32,113 nt of DNA from the IMG/VR virus record IMGVR_UViG_2721755710_000003. One strand, given 5' to 3'. This document shows, in pieces, positions 9,360-18,173 of the stretch (its first letter is position 1; each line of letters opens with the position of its first letter). Source of the stretch: a virus. Lineage: Duplodnaviria > Heunggongvirae > Uroviricota > Caudoviricetes. Under the pieces are notes generated by a model. That model did not search any database and was not told where the DNA came from. It saw nothing but the letters and a program-made list of their open reading frames with translations. A program made the position numbers and the translations under genes.

Positions 9360-10433
9360 ATGCGCCAGGAAACCCGCTTTAAATTTAATGCCTACCTGTC
9401 CCGTGTTGCCGAACTGAACGGCATCGACGCCGGTGATGTGTCGAAAAAATTCACCGTTGAACCGTCGGTCACCCAGACCCTGATGAACACCATGCAGGAG
9501 TCCTCTGACTTTCTGACCCGCATCAATATTGTGCCGGTCAGCGAAATGAAAGGGGAAAAAATTGGTATCGGTGTCACCGGCTCCATCGCCAGCACTACCG
9601 ACACTGCCGGTGGTACCGAGCGTCAGCCGAAGGACTTCTCGAAGCTGGCGTCAAACAAGTACGAATGCGACCAGATTAACTTCGATTTTTATATCCGCTA
9701 CAAAACGCTGGACCTGTGGGCGCGTTATCAGGATTTCCAGCTCCGTATCCGTAACGCCATTATCAAACGCCAGTCCCTTGATTTCATCATGGCCGGTTTT
9801 AACGGCGTGAAGCGTGCCGAAACCTCTGACCGCAGCAGCAATCCGATGTTGCAGGATGTGGCGGTCGGCTGGCTGCAGAAATACCGCAATGAAGCACCGG
9901 CGCGCGTGATGAGCAAGGTCACTGACGAGGAAGGCCGCACCACCTCTGAGGTTATCCGCGTGGGTAAGGGCGGTGATTATGCCAGCCTTGATGCACTGGT
10001 GATGGATGCGACCAACAACCTGATTGAACCGTGGTATCAGGAAGACCCTGACCTTGTGGTGATTGTGGGGCGTCAGCTACTGGCGGACAAGTATTTCCCC
10101 ATCGTCAACAAGGAGCAGGACAACAGCGAAATGCTGGCCGCTGACGTCATCATCAGCCAGAAACGCATCGGTAACCTACCAGCGGTACGCGTCCCGTACT
10201 TCCCGGCGGATGCGATGCTCATCACGAAGCTGGAAAACCTGTCCATCTACTACATGGATGACAGCCATCGCCGCGTGATTGAGGAAAACCCGAAACTCGA
10301 CCGCGTGGAGAACTACGAGTCAATGAACATTGATTACGTGGTGGAAGACTACGCCGCCGGTTGTCTGGTGGAAAAAATCAAGGTCGGTGACTTCTCCACA
10401 CCGGCTAAGGCGACCGCAGAGCCGGGAGCGTAA
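9360..10433 (+). CDS. N: Major capsid protein GpN, 357 aa
   Basis: Size and position match P2 GpN; it follows O in the late operon. Confidence 0.93.
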   Translation: MRQETRFKFNAYLSRVAELNGIDAGDVSKKFTVEPSVTQTLMNTMQESSDFLTRINIVPVSEMKGEKIGIGVTGSIASTTDTAGGTERQPKDFSKLASNKYECDQINFDFYIRYKTLDLWARYQDFQLRIRNAIIKRQSLDFIMAGFNGVKRAETSDRSSNPMLQDVAVGWLQKYRNEAPARVMSKVTDEEGRTTSEVIRVGKGGDYASLDALVMDATNNLIEPWYQEDPDLVVIVGRQLLADKYFPIVNKEQDNSEMLAADVIISQKRIGNLPAVRVPYFPADAMLITKLENLSIYYMDDSHRRVIEENPKLDRVENYESMNIDYVVEDYAAGCLVEKIKVGDFSTPAKATAEPGA

Positions 10434-10436
10434 CCG

Positions 10437-10648
10437 ATGACGAGTCCCGCACAGCGCCACATGATGCGGGTCTCGGCAGCGATGACCGCGCAGCGGGAAG
10501 CCGCCCCGCTGCGACATGCAACTGTCTATGAGCAGATGCTGGTTAAGCTCGCCGCAGACCAGCGCACACTGAAAGCGATTTACTCAAAAGAGCTGAAGGC
10601 CGCAAAAAAACGCGAACTGCTGCCGTTCTGGTTGCCGTGGGTGAACGG
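10437..10648 (+). pseudogene. M: Terminase small subunit GpM, N-terminal fragment (interrupted by IS21-family insertion)
   Basis: Translation MTSPAQRHMMRVSAAMTAQREAAPLRH...LPFWLPWVNG then runs into IS sequence and stops after 9 unrelated codons. Confidence 0.9.
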
Positions 10649-10733
10649 TGCGTATTACCGTGAAGGAGATCGGTGAGTAACATCGATGGAGATCGGTTCG
10701 TGTCACTTTCACAGAACCGTTTTTAAATTACCT

Positions 10734-11483
10734 TCACTGATCTCCTTCGGTCAACGGAGATTGTATTTTCCGCATTGATTCTCCTTTAAGTTCGATCTTG
10801 ATACTGCCATGAACCAGTCGATCTAGGATGGCATCCGCATGTGTGGAGTCTCCGATCATTTTGTACCAGTTTTCCACCGGCAACTGGCTCACTACGATGA
10901 TTGAGCCTCGTTGGTACATCAGATCCACTATTTCCAGCAGGTCGCTACGCTGTTCTGATGAGAGAGGTTCCAGCCCCCAGTCATCCAGAAGCAGCAGATC
11001 GCTATTATTCAGCCTGGTCAAAAGTTTGCTGTATCTTCCATCAGCATGCCCCTGATAGCACTGTTCCATCAGCGCTTTAAGGCGATAATAGTAGACCTTG
11101 TATCCCTGTCGGCAGGCATTATGACCAAGTGCACATGCCAGGAACGTTTTACCGCTGCCGGTGGCCCCGGTCAGTAAAATATTTTGTTTCAGGGTTAACC
11201 AGTTTCCCTGACTGAGTGAACGGATGAGGGCCCTGTCCAGCCCTCTATTGTTACGATAATCCAGCTTTGATAACTCAGCATTAAGTCTGAACCGTGCATG
11301 TTTGATCAGACGCTCTGCCTTCCTGTTTTCACGGCAGGTTAGTTCTTCTGCTGTCAGTAATGACAGGCGTTCTTCGAAGCCCAGCTCCTGGTATGTGCCC
11401 GGCTGAGCAAGTTGCTTTTTAAGCGCATCACGGAAGCCGGTGAGTTTAAGTGCGGTCAGTTGTTCGTAAAGATGATTCATCAT
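10734..11483 (-). CDS. istB: IS21-family ATP-binding helper protein IstB, 249 aa
   Basis: Walker A LLTGATGSGKTFLACALG and Walker B LLLLDDWG, in the IstB/DnaC-like architecture, immediately downstream of istA. Confidence 0.88.
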   Translation of the reverse strand: MMNHLYEQLTALKLTGFRDALKKQLAQPGTYQELGFEERLSLLTAEELTCRENRKAERLIKHARFRLNAELSKLDYRNNRGLDRALIRSLSQGNWLTLKQNILLTGATGSGKTFLACALGHNACRQGYKVYYYRLKALMEQCYQGHADGRYSKLLTRLNNSDLLLLDDWGLEPLSSEQRSDLLEIVDLMYQRGSIIVVSQLPVENWYKMIGDSTHADAILDRLVHGSIKIELKGESMRKIQSPLTEGDQ

Positions 11484-11494
11484 TGGATCCCGTA

Positions 11495-13036
11495 TCAGTG
11501 GTAATACTCACTGCCGCGTACGTTTTCGTGTTCCATCGTGGATAACAGATCTGGTTTTGGATCCTGAACAGGTTGTTTATCCAGACCTTTTTCCAGGATC
11601 GATTTAATACCTGACAGACGCCATACCTTTGTTTTCAGAGCTCTTGCACATGCTGCATTAAGTCTGGCTTTACTGTATTTTTTATGAAGGTTCAGGAGTC
11701 CAAGGCAGAAGCGATAGCTTTGTTCCGGATGTGGACGAGAGTTCAGTATATGAAGCACATAACTATGAGTTTCACTGCCTATGTGCCCCGCCCATTCCAG
11801 AAGACGCTCTGGCGTCCAGGTGGCATGCTGTCGATGAGCTTCAGGCATGTGCTCGTTGCGGGTACTGTAGCCATAAGTACGCTTGCGCGGGTGCACAGCA
11901 ACCTCCTGCCCCTGATTGAAGAGTCTTACCAGTTCTCCGGAGATCCATGCTTCCAGTTGCTGGCCTAACAGCGAACATGGAACCGAGTAGTAATGTTTGT
12001 CGATTTCCACGTGGTAATCGGCATGAACTCTGACTTTCTTCACCAGGGTGTAACTGTAACTGGCTTCAGGAAGAGGCTTCAGTGCGGGTTTATCAAGCTG
12101 GATGAAGAGTTCTGCACGTGAATAACCCAACTTCTGCATTATTTTGTTATTCAGTCTTTCCAGCAACTCCCGAATGCGCTGATTAAGCGATGCAAGGCTG
12201 TAGAAGATCTCATGCCTGATTCGGGCCATGATCCAGCGTTCAACAACCTGAACGCCAACTTCAGCTTTGGCTTTATCTTTCGGTTTACGTGGCCGCGCAG
12301 GCAAAACTGCGACATTATAATGCTCAAGCATCTGCTGGTAGGTAGGGTTAACGTCAGGATCATACTTACATGCCCTGGATGTGGCGCTTTTCAGATTGTC
12401 CGGAACAACAAGTTCAGGAACGCCACCCAACCACTGGAAGCAGCGAACATGACTCATCACCCAGTCTTCAAGCTGCTGAGACCAGGTGGCCTCTGCCCAT
12501 GTGTAACTTGATGCCCCGAGAACAGCTACGATGACCTGAGCAGTTCTTATTTCTCCGGTCTCAGGGTCGGTAACGCCAACGGTAGGTCCACAGTAATCAA
12601 CGAAAAGTTTTTCGCCAGCTTTATGTACCTGACGCATTGATGGTGAAGTGGTTTTGAGCCATTCACGGTACATCCGGCAGTAATGGTTATAGCTGTAAAA
12701 ACCGCCTGGATTACGCTCACAGTATTCTTCCCAGAGTAGCTGCAGCGTCACGCATTTATTACGCAGTTCCCGGTGTACTGTAGCCCAGTCAGGCAGAGAG
12801 TGCTTCTTCATCTTAACCTGGGTCTGAAGGAACGCATGTTTTAGTTTTGTATCATCCCATCCTGTAGGTAAGGGCCACTGCTTTATGCCAAGTTGAGCCG
12901 CCCGATTAGCATATCTGGATACAACGGAAGGGGAGATTGCAAGACTACGACCAATTTGTCGATGGCTGAGTCCAACACCGTATTTAAGCCTAAGAATTTC
13001 TTTAAGTTTTCTCATAGAAATTGGAACTGTTGGCAT
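11495..13036 (-). CDS. istA: IS21-family transposase IstA (N-terminal HTH, DDE catalytic domain), 513 aa
   Basis: N-terminal HTH region (LSHRQIGRSLAISPSVVSRY), size and pairing with istB. I cannot name the specific IS by eye. Confidence 0.85.
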   Translation of the reverse strand: MPTVPISMRKLKEILRLKYGVGLSHRQIGRSLAISPSVVSRYANRAAQLGIKQWPLPTGWDDTKLKHAFLQTQVKMKKHSLPDWATVHRELRNKCVTLQLLWEEYCERNPGGFYSYNHYCRMYREWLKTTSPSMRQVHKAGEKLFVDYCGPTVGVTDPETGEIRTAQVIVAVLGASSYTWAEATWSQQLEDWVMSHVRCFQWLGGVPELVVPDNLKSATSRACKYDPDVNPTYQQMLEHYNVAVLPARPRKPKDKAKAEVGVQVVERWIMARIRHEIFYSLASLNQRIRELLERLNNKIMQKLGYSRAELFIQLDKPALKPLPEASYSYTLVKKVRVHADYHVEIDKHYYSVPCSLLGQQLEAWISGELVRLFNQGQEVAVHPRKRTYGYSTRNEHMPEAHRQHATWTPERLLEWAGHIGSETHSYVLHILNSRPHPEQSYRFCLGLLNLHKKYSKARLNAACARALKTKVWRLSGIKSILEKGLDKQPVQDPKPDLLSTMEHENVRGSEYYH

Positions 13037-13229
13037 AGGTATCCTTTACCGGAATGGCAAAAGATACAGATCAACACACCTGTGAAGTTCCAATAACATT
13101 GATGGAGATCACTGAATAACAAAATGAGTCAAAAGTGATCTCCATCGATGTTATTCAGCGATCTGTTCAAATGTTATTACCCGATCTCGATGGAAGTTAT
13201 TGAGTGATCTCCTTTCATGAAAATACGCA

Positions 13230-13766
13230 AACGGCGTGCTGGAGCTGGGCAAAGGTGCACAGGATGACATTCTGATGACGGTCATGCTGTGGCGTCTGGA
13301 TACCGGCGATATTGCCGGTGCGCTGGAGATTGCCCGTTATGCCCTGAAGTACGGTCTGACCATGCCGGGTAAACACCGCCGTACCCCGCCGTACATGTTC
13401 ACCGAGGAGGTGGCGCTTGCGGCCATGCGCGCTCACGCTGCCGGTGAGTCTGTGGATACCCGCCTGCTGACGGAGACCCTTGAACTGACCGCCACGGCTG
13501 ACATGCCTGATGAAGTGCGCGCAAAGCTGCACAAAATCACCGGTCTGTTTCTGCGTGACGGTGGTGATGCCGCCGGTGCGCTGGCTCACCTGCAACGTGC
13601 GACACAGCTCGACTGTCAGGCAGGCGTCAAAAAAGAGATTGAACGACTGGAGCGGGAGCTGAAACCGAAGCCGGAGCCGCAGCCCAAAGCGGCCACCCGC
13701 GCCCCGCGTAAGACCCGGAGCGTGACACCGGCAAAACGTGGACGCCCGAAAAAGAAAGCCAGTTAA
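13230..13766 (+). pseudogene. M: Terminase small subunit GpM, C-terminal fragment
   Basis: Translation resumes (N)GVLELGKGAQDDILMTVMLWRLDTGD... exactly at the target duplication. Removing the IS and one AACGG copy restores the continuous WVNGVLELGKG reading frame. Confidence 0.9.
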
Positions 13767-13865
13767 CAACCGAATGCGCCCCGCGCCAGGGCGGCACGCC
13801 GGTCAGTGACGGTGAATCACCTGACACTGCACCGGCGTCCACCGCCCGACTTTTCAGAGGTAGTC

Positions 13866-14375
13866 ATGATGACGCTGATTATTCCGCGAAAGGAGGCTCC
13901 CGTGTCCGGTGAGGGTACGGTGGTCATCCCGCAACCGGCAGGCGACGAGCCGGTGATTAAAAACACGTTCTTTTTTCCCGATATCGACCCGAAGCGCGTC
14001 CGGGAACGTATGCGCCTTGAGCAGACCGTCGCCCCCGCCCGTCTGCGTGAGGCCATCAAGTCAGGCATGGCTGAAACGAATGCGGAGCTGTACGAGTACC
14101 GCGAACAGAAAATTGCCGCCGGTTTTACGCGTCTGGCTGACGTCCCGGCGGACGATATCGACGGTGAAAGCATCAAGGTTTTTTACTACGAGCGCGCCGT
14201 GTGTGCGATGGCGACCGCGTCGCTTTATGAGCGTTATCGCGGTGTGGATGCCAGTGCGAAAGGCGACAAGAAGGCTGACAGCATTGACAGCACCATTGAT
14301 GAGCTGTGGCGGGATATGCGCTGGGCGGTGGCGCGCATCCAGGGCAAGCCGCGCTGCATCGTGAGTCAAATCTGA
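13866..14375 (+). CDS. L: Head completion protein GpL, 169 aa
   Basis: Translation from MMTLIIPRKEAPVSGEGTVV matches P2 GpL as I recall it; the ORF is open from 13806. Confidence 0.9.
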   Translation: MMTLIIPRKEAPVSGEGTVVIPQPAGDEPVIKNTFFFPDIDPKRVRERMRLEQTVAPARLREAIKSGMAETNAELYEYREQKIAAGFTRLADVPADDIDGESIKVFYYERAVCAMATASLYERYRGVDASAKGDKKADSIDSTIDELWRDMRWAVARIQGKPRCIVSQI

Positions 14376-14578
14376 TGAAGACCTTTGCGCTACAGGGCGA
14401 CACGCTCGACGCCATTTGTGTCCGCTATTACGGGCGCACTGAGGGCGTGGTTGAGGCCGTGCTCGCCGCAAATCCGGGACTGGCTGAACTGGGGGCGGTG
14501 CTGCCACACGGCACCGCCGTCGAACTGCCCGACGTTCAGACCGCGCCCGTGGCTGAAACTGTCAATCTGTGGGAGTAA
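14375..14578 (+). CDS. X: Tail protein X (LysM-like), 67 aa
   Basis: Translation MKTFALQGDTLDAICVRYYGRTEGVVEAVL... matches P2 GpX; the ATG overlaps the L stop (ATGA). Confidence 0.9.
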   Translation: MKTFALQGDTLDAICVRYYGRTEGVVEAVLAANPGLAELGAVLPHGTAVELPDVQTAPVAETVNLWE

Positions 14579-14581
14579 CGC

Positions 14582-14863
14582 ATGACAGCAGAAGAAAAAA
14601 GCGTCCTGTCGCTTTTCATGATTGGGGTGCTGATTGTTGTCGGCAAGGTGCTTGCCGGTGGTGAACCTATCACCCCGCGTCTGTTTATCGGGCGCATGTT
14701 GCTCGGTGGTTTTGTCTCGATGGTTGCCGGTGTTGTTCTGGTGCAGTTTCCTGACCTGTCACTGCCAGCGGTGTGCGGCATCGGCTCCATGCTGGGTATC
14801 GCCGGTTATCAGGTGATTGAGATTGCCATTCAGCGCCGCTTTAAGGGCAGGGGGAAACAGTAA
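14582..14863 (+). CDS. Y: Holin GpY, 93 aa
   Basis: Small protein with hydrophobic transmembrane segments and a charged C-terminus, immediately upstream of the endolysin, as in P2. Confidence 0.9.
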   Translation: MTAEEKSVLSLFMIGVLIVVGKVLAGGEPITPRLFIGRMLLGGFVSMVAGVVLVQFPDLSLPAVCGIGSMLGIAGYQVIEIAIQRRFKGRGKQ

Positions 14864-15360
14864 TGCCGGTAATTAACACGCATCAGAATATCGCCGCCTT
14901 TCTCGACATGCTGGCCGTGTCCGAAGGGACGGCGAATCATCCACTGACGAAAAACCGGGGCTATGACGTGATAGTCACCGGACTGGACGGAAAGCCGGAA
15001 ATTTTCACCGACTACAGTGACCACCCGTTCGCGCATGGCCGACCGGCGAAGGTGTTTAACCGTCGCGGTGAAAAATCCACGGCCTCCGGTCGTTATCAGC
15101 AGCTTTACCTGTTCTGGCCGCATTACCGCAAACAGCTTGCCCTGCCGGATTTCAGTCCGTTGTCACAGGACAGACTTGCCATTCAGTTGATCCGCGAACG
15201 CGGTGCACTGGATGACATCCGGGCGGGACGCATTGAGCGCGCCATTTCACGCTGTCGCAATATCTGGGCGTCCCTGCCGGGTGCCGGTTACGGTCAGCGT
15301 GAGCATTCACTGGAAAAACTGGTCACCGTCTGGCGTACCGCTGGCGGCGTACCGGCTTAA
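14863..15360 (+). CDS. K: Endolysin (lysozyme) GpK, 165 aa
   Basis: Translation and position match P2 GpK. Confidence 0.9.
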   Translation: MPVINTHQNIAAFLDMLAVSEGTANHPLTKNRGYDVIVTGLDGKPEIFTDYSDHPFAHGRPAKVFNRRGEKSTASGRYQQLYLFWPHYRKQLALPDFSPLSQDRLAIQLIRERGALDDIRAGRIERAISRCRNIWASLPGAGYGQREHSLEKLVTVWRTAGGVPA

Positions 15361-15374
15361 ACGGAGTAAATACC

Positions 15375-15800
15375 ATGAAGAAATTATCCCTTTCACTGAT
15401 GCTGAACGTGTCGCTGGCGCTGATGCTGGCACTGTCCCTGATTTACCCGCAGAGCGTGGCCGTCAGTTTTGTCGCCGCCTGGGCGATTCTGGCGACGGTT
15501 ATCTGTGCGGTTGCCGGTGGTGTCGGCGTGTATGCCACTGAGTATGTGCTGGAACGCTACGGGCGGGAGCTGCCACCGGAATCGCTGGCCGTGAAGATTG
15601 TCACGTCGCTGTTTTTGCAGCCGGTGCCGTGGCGCAGACGGGCAGTAGCTCTGGTGGTGATGGTGGCGACATTTATCTCGCTGGTCGCTGCCGGGTGGAT
15701 TTTTACCGCGCTGATTTATCTCGTGGCATCGGTGTTCTTCCGACTGATACGTACGGCCTGCCGTCAGCGTTTTGAGGGGCGGGAACCATGTCAAGGCTGA
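15375..15800 (+). CDS. lysA: Lysis accessory protein LysA (multi-pass membrane protein), 141 aa
   Basis: Hydrophobic membrane protein after K, with size and position as in P2. Confidence 0.85.
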   Translation: MKKLSLSLMLNVSLALMLALSLIYPQSVAVSFVAAWAILATVICAVAGGVGVYATEYVLERYGRELPPESLAVKIVTSLFLQPVPWRRRAVALVVMVATFISLVAAGWIFTALIYLVASVFFRLIRTACRQRFEGREPCQG

Positions 15801-16213
15801 TGATTGTGCTGGTCGTGTTGTTATCGCTGGCGGTGGCCGGTCTGTTTCTGGTGAAACACAAAAATGCCAGCCTGCGCGCCTCGCTGGACAGGGCGAACAA
15901 CGTCGCCAGCGGTCAGCAGACGACCATCACCATGCTGAAAAATCAGCTTCATGTTGCGCTCACCAGGGCAGATAAAAACGAGCTGGCGCAGGTGGCACTG
16001 CGTCAGGAACTGGAGAACGCCGCGAAACGTGAAGCACAGCGCGAGAAAACTATCACGAGGTTACTTAATGAGAACGAAGATTTTCGCCGCTGGTACGGTG
16101 CTGACCTGCCTGATGCTGTGCGCCGGTTGCACCAGCGTCCCGCCTGCACCGACGCCAGTGATTGTCCCCAACGCATGCCCGAAAGTGAGCCTTTGCCCGA
16201 TGCCGGGCAGTGA
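15788..16213 (+). CDS. lysB: LysB (Rz-like inner-membrane spanin), 141 aa
   Basis: N-terminal transmembrane segment followed by a coiled-coil-like region; position as in P2. Confidence 0.85.
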   Translation: MSRLMIVLVVLLSLAVAGLFLVKHKNASLRASLDRANNVASGQQTTITMLKNQLHVALTRADKNELAQVALRQELENAAKREAQREKTITRLLNENEDFRRWYGADLPDAVRRLHQRPACTDASDCPQRMPESEPLPDAGQ

Positions 16214-16358
16214 CCCGCAGACGAACGGCGATTTAAGTGCCGATATCCGGCAGCTTGAGAACGCGCTGGCACGCTGTGCCAGCCAGGTAAAAATGATTAA
16301 ACACTGTCAGGACGAAAACGATGCTCAAACCCGACAGCCTGCGCAGGGCGCTGACTGA
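16068..16358 (+). CDS. lysC: LysC (Rz1-like outer-membrane lipoprotein spanin), about 96 aa, starting inside lysB in the +1 frame and running into the start of R
   Basis: Translation MRTKIFAAGTVLTCLMLCAGCTS carries a lipobox (LCAGC) and a proline-rich mature region. Confidence 0.75.
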   Translation: MRTKIFAAGTVLTCLMLCAGCTSVPPAPTPVIVPNACPKVSLCPMPGSDPQTNGDLSADIRQLENALARCASQVKMIKHCQDENDAQTRQPAQGAD

Positions 16359-16788
16359 TGCCGTCACGGTGCTGAAAACTAACCCCGATATGCTGCGGAT
16401 ATTCGTGGATAACGGGAGTATTGCCTCCACACTGGCGGTGTCGCTGTCATTCGAAAAGCGTTACACGCTCAATGTGATTGTGACCGACTTTACCGGTGAT
16501 TTTGACCTGCTCATTGTGCCGGTGCTGGCGTGGCTGCGGGAAAATCAGCCCGACATCATGACCACCGACGAAGGCCAGAAAAAGGGCTTCACGTTTTATG
16601 CAGACATCAACAATGACAGCAGCTTTGATATCAGTATCAGCCTGATGCTGACCGAGCGCACGCTGGTCAGTGAGGTGGACGGCGCACTGCATGTGAAGAA
16701 TATCTCGGAACCCCCGCCGCCGGAGCCGGTCACCCGCCCGATGGAGCTGTATATCAATGGCGAACTGGTGAGTAAGTGGGATGAATGA
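16321..16788 (+). CDS. R: Tail completion protein GpR, 155 aa
   Basis: Size and position as in P2. Confidence 0.9.
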   Translation: MLKPDSLRRALTDAVTVLKTNPDMLRIFVDNGSIASTLAVSLSFEKRYTLNVIVTDFTGDFDLLIVPVLAWLRENQPDIMTTDEGQKKGFTFYADINNDSSFDISISLMLTERTLVSEVDGALHVKNISEPPPPEPVTRPMELYINGELVSKWDE

Positions 16789-17233
16789 GTTTAAGCGTTT
16801 TGAAGACCGGCTGACCGGACTGATTGAATCGCTGTCACCGTCAGGGCGTCGGCGACTGAGTGCCGAACTGGCGAAACGTCTGCGGCAGAGTCAGCAGCGT
16901 CGGGTGATGGCACAGAAAGCCCCGGACGGCACACCCTACGCGCCACGCCAGCAGCAGAGCGTCAGAAAAAAGACCGGTCGCGTTAAGCGAAAAATGTTTG
17001 CGAAACTTATTACCAGTCGTTTTTTGCATATCCGTGCCAGCCCGGAGCAGGCATCAATGGAATTTTACGGCGGGAAGTCGCCGAAAATCGCCAGTGTGCA
17101 TCAGTTTGGTCTGTCGGAAGAAAACCGGAAAGACGGTAAGAAAATTGATTATCCGGCGCGTCCCCTGCTCGGCTTTACCGGTGAGGATGTGCAGATGATT
17201 GAAGAGATTATCCTGGCTCACCTTGAGCGTTAG
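16781..17233 (+). CDS. S: Tail completion protein GpS, 150 aa
   Basis: Size and position as in P2. Confidence 0.9.
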   Translation: MNEFKRFEDRLTGLIESLSPSGRRRLSAELAKRLRQSQQRRVMAQKAPDGTPYAPRQQQSVRKKTGRVKRKMFAKLITSRFLHIRASPEQASMEFYGGKSPKIASVHQFGLSEENRKDGKKIDYPARPLLGFTGEDVQMIEEIILAHLER

Positions 17234-17262
17234 TTTTATCCAGGCAGAGGCTGATGCGCAAT

Positions 17263-17299
17263 TAAACATTGAGCGGCCATGCTGGTCGCTCAATGTTTA
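17263..17299. terminator. 13-bp perfect-stem hairpin (TAAACATTGAGCG / CGCTCAATGTTTA, 11-nt loop) between convergent S and the orf30-position gene; candidate bidirectional terminator
   Basis: Inverted repeat read directly from the sequence. There is no strong U-tract on either strand, so the function is uncertain. Confidence 0.45.
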
Positions 17300-17304
17300 G
17301 AGGT

Positions 17305-18090
17305 TTATGAGTGATTTTTATTTGATGCTTTGTATTCTAAAACCTTCTTATTGGCGTAAAAGAATTTTGTATATGACAGGAATATAACCAGACCTGAAGT
17401 GAAATAGACGAGGGATAGTATTAATAATGCTTTTTTGTGACTGTTATTATCTTTAATCTCCTGGCTTAACCATTCGGAGTCCTCCTCGTTTAGCTGTAAG
17501 AGCTTATTGCAGGCGATCTCAGGAAGTGTGTCTTTTATAAATACGTTTTGCAGTCTCTTGCAATCGGCAAGGCTATAAGTTTTATTAAATTCAACTGCTT
17601 TATTTTTGAAGGATAAAAGAACTTTGTCACTATAAACATAGTACATCATGTTTTTATATGGTATGCCTGTGGCATCCCTTACTATAACGGATTGTTCGTT
17701 GTGTATGTAACATGCGAGGAGAATGTAAAAAATACTGGCCAGAATTACAATTATTGTTTTAATTATGTGTGGTGGTTTTGTTATGTCACCCCAGATACGA
17801 GTAAGGAAAAAATACGATGTTTTTAGTTTTCCATCAATCAGTCCCTGCTGTATCATTCTCACATTTTCAATGCCTGATACATTGATTCCGTTAATTATTT
17901 TAAATAGTTGAATATCGCGCCACTCGCGGTCAAGTCTTTTTAATTTTTTGTCTGAATATCCAAAATTGAAATAATGTGCAATAAGCCTCATAAGGTTACT
18001 TTTACCAAAGCTAAAAAATGCTAATACTGCAAAGCTACAAAGGAAAAAAACGATTAGCCCCCACACATTAGTCACATTATAGCTGACCAT
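17305..18090 (-). CDS. AT-rich hypothetical membrane protein with three predicted transmembrane helices, 261 aa, antisense to the late operons at the S/V junction (P2 orf30 position)
   Basis: Hydrophobic stretches GLIVFFLCSFAVLAFFSF, IIKTIIVILASIFYILLACYI and ALLILSLVYFTSGLVIFLSY. A strong ribosome-binding site (AAGGAGAG) lies 4 nt upstream of the ATG on the minus strand. Confidence 0.7.
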   Translation of the reverse strand: MVSYNVTNVWGLIVFFLCSFAVLAFFSFGKSNLMRLIAHYFNFGYSDKKLKRLDREWRDIQLFKIINGINVSGIENVRMIQQGLIDGKLKTSYFFLTRIWGDITKPPHIIKTIIVILASIFYILLACYIHNEQSVIVRDATGIPYKNMMYYVYSDKVLLSFKNKAVEFNKTYSLADCKRLQNVFIKDTLPEIACNKLLQLNEEDSEWLSQEIKDNNSHKKALLILSLVYFTSGLVIFLSYTKFFYANKKVLEYKASNKNHS

Positions 18091-18105
18091 TACGCTCTCC
18101 TTGAA

Positions 18106-18125
18106 TGTTGTCTGGTAGTTCTACA
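18106..18125 (+). promoter_or_regulatory. Candidate Ogr-dependent late promoter element for the V operon (TGTTGTCTGGTAGTTCTACA; imperfect TGT...ACA dyad)
   Basis: Partial dyad about 50-70 bp upstream of the V start, where an activator-dependent late promoter is expected. Spacing is N11 or N14 rather than a perfect N12. Confidence 0.4.
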
Positions 18126-18173
18126 AATGAATCCAGATAGCATAACTTTTATATATTGTGCAATCTCACATGC

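Larger units (their letters stand above)
10649..13229 (-). mobile_element. Complete IS21-family insertion sequence (2581 bp) with imperfect terminal inverted repeats and 5-bp target site duplication AACGG
   Basis: The left end TGCGTATTACCGTGAAGGAGATCGG matches the reverse complement of the right end, TGCGTATTTTCATGAAAGGAGATCAC. Both ends carry multiple GGAGATC/GATCTCC subterminal repeats. The element encodes istA and istB, and AACGG flanks it at 10644-10648 and 13230-13234. Confidence 0.88.

Noticed and set aside
13215-13769. 184-aa minus-strand ORF overlapping the M C-terminal fragment
   Set aside because: Antisense to a recognisable M coding segment; Arg/Gly-rich GC artefact.
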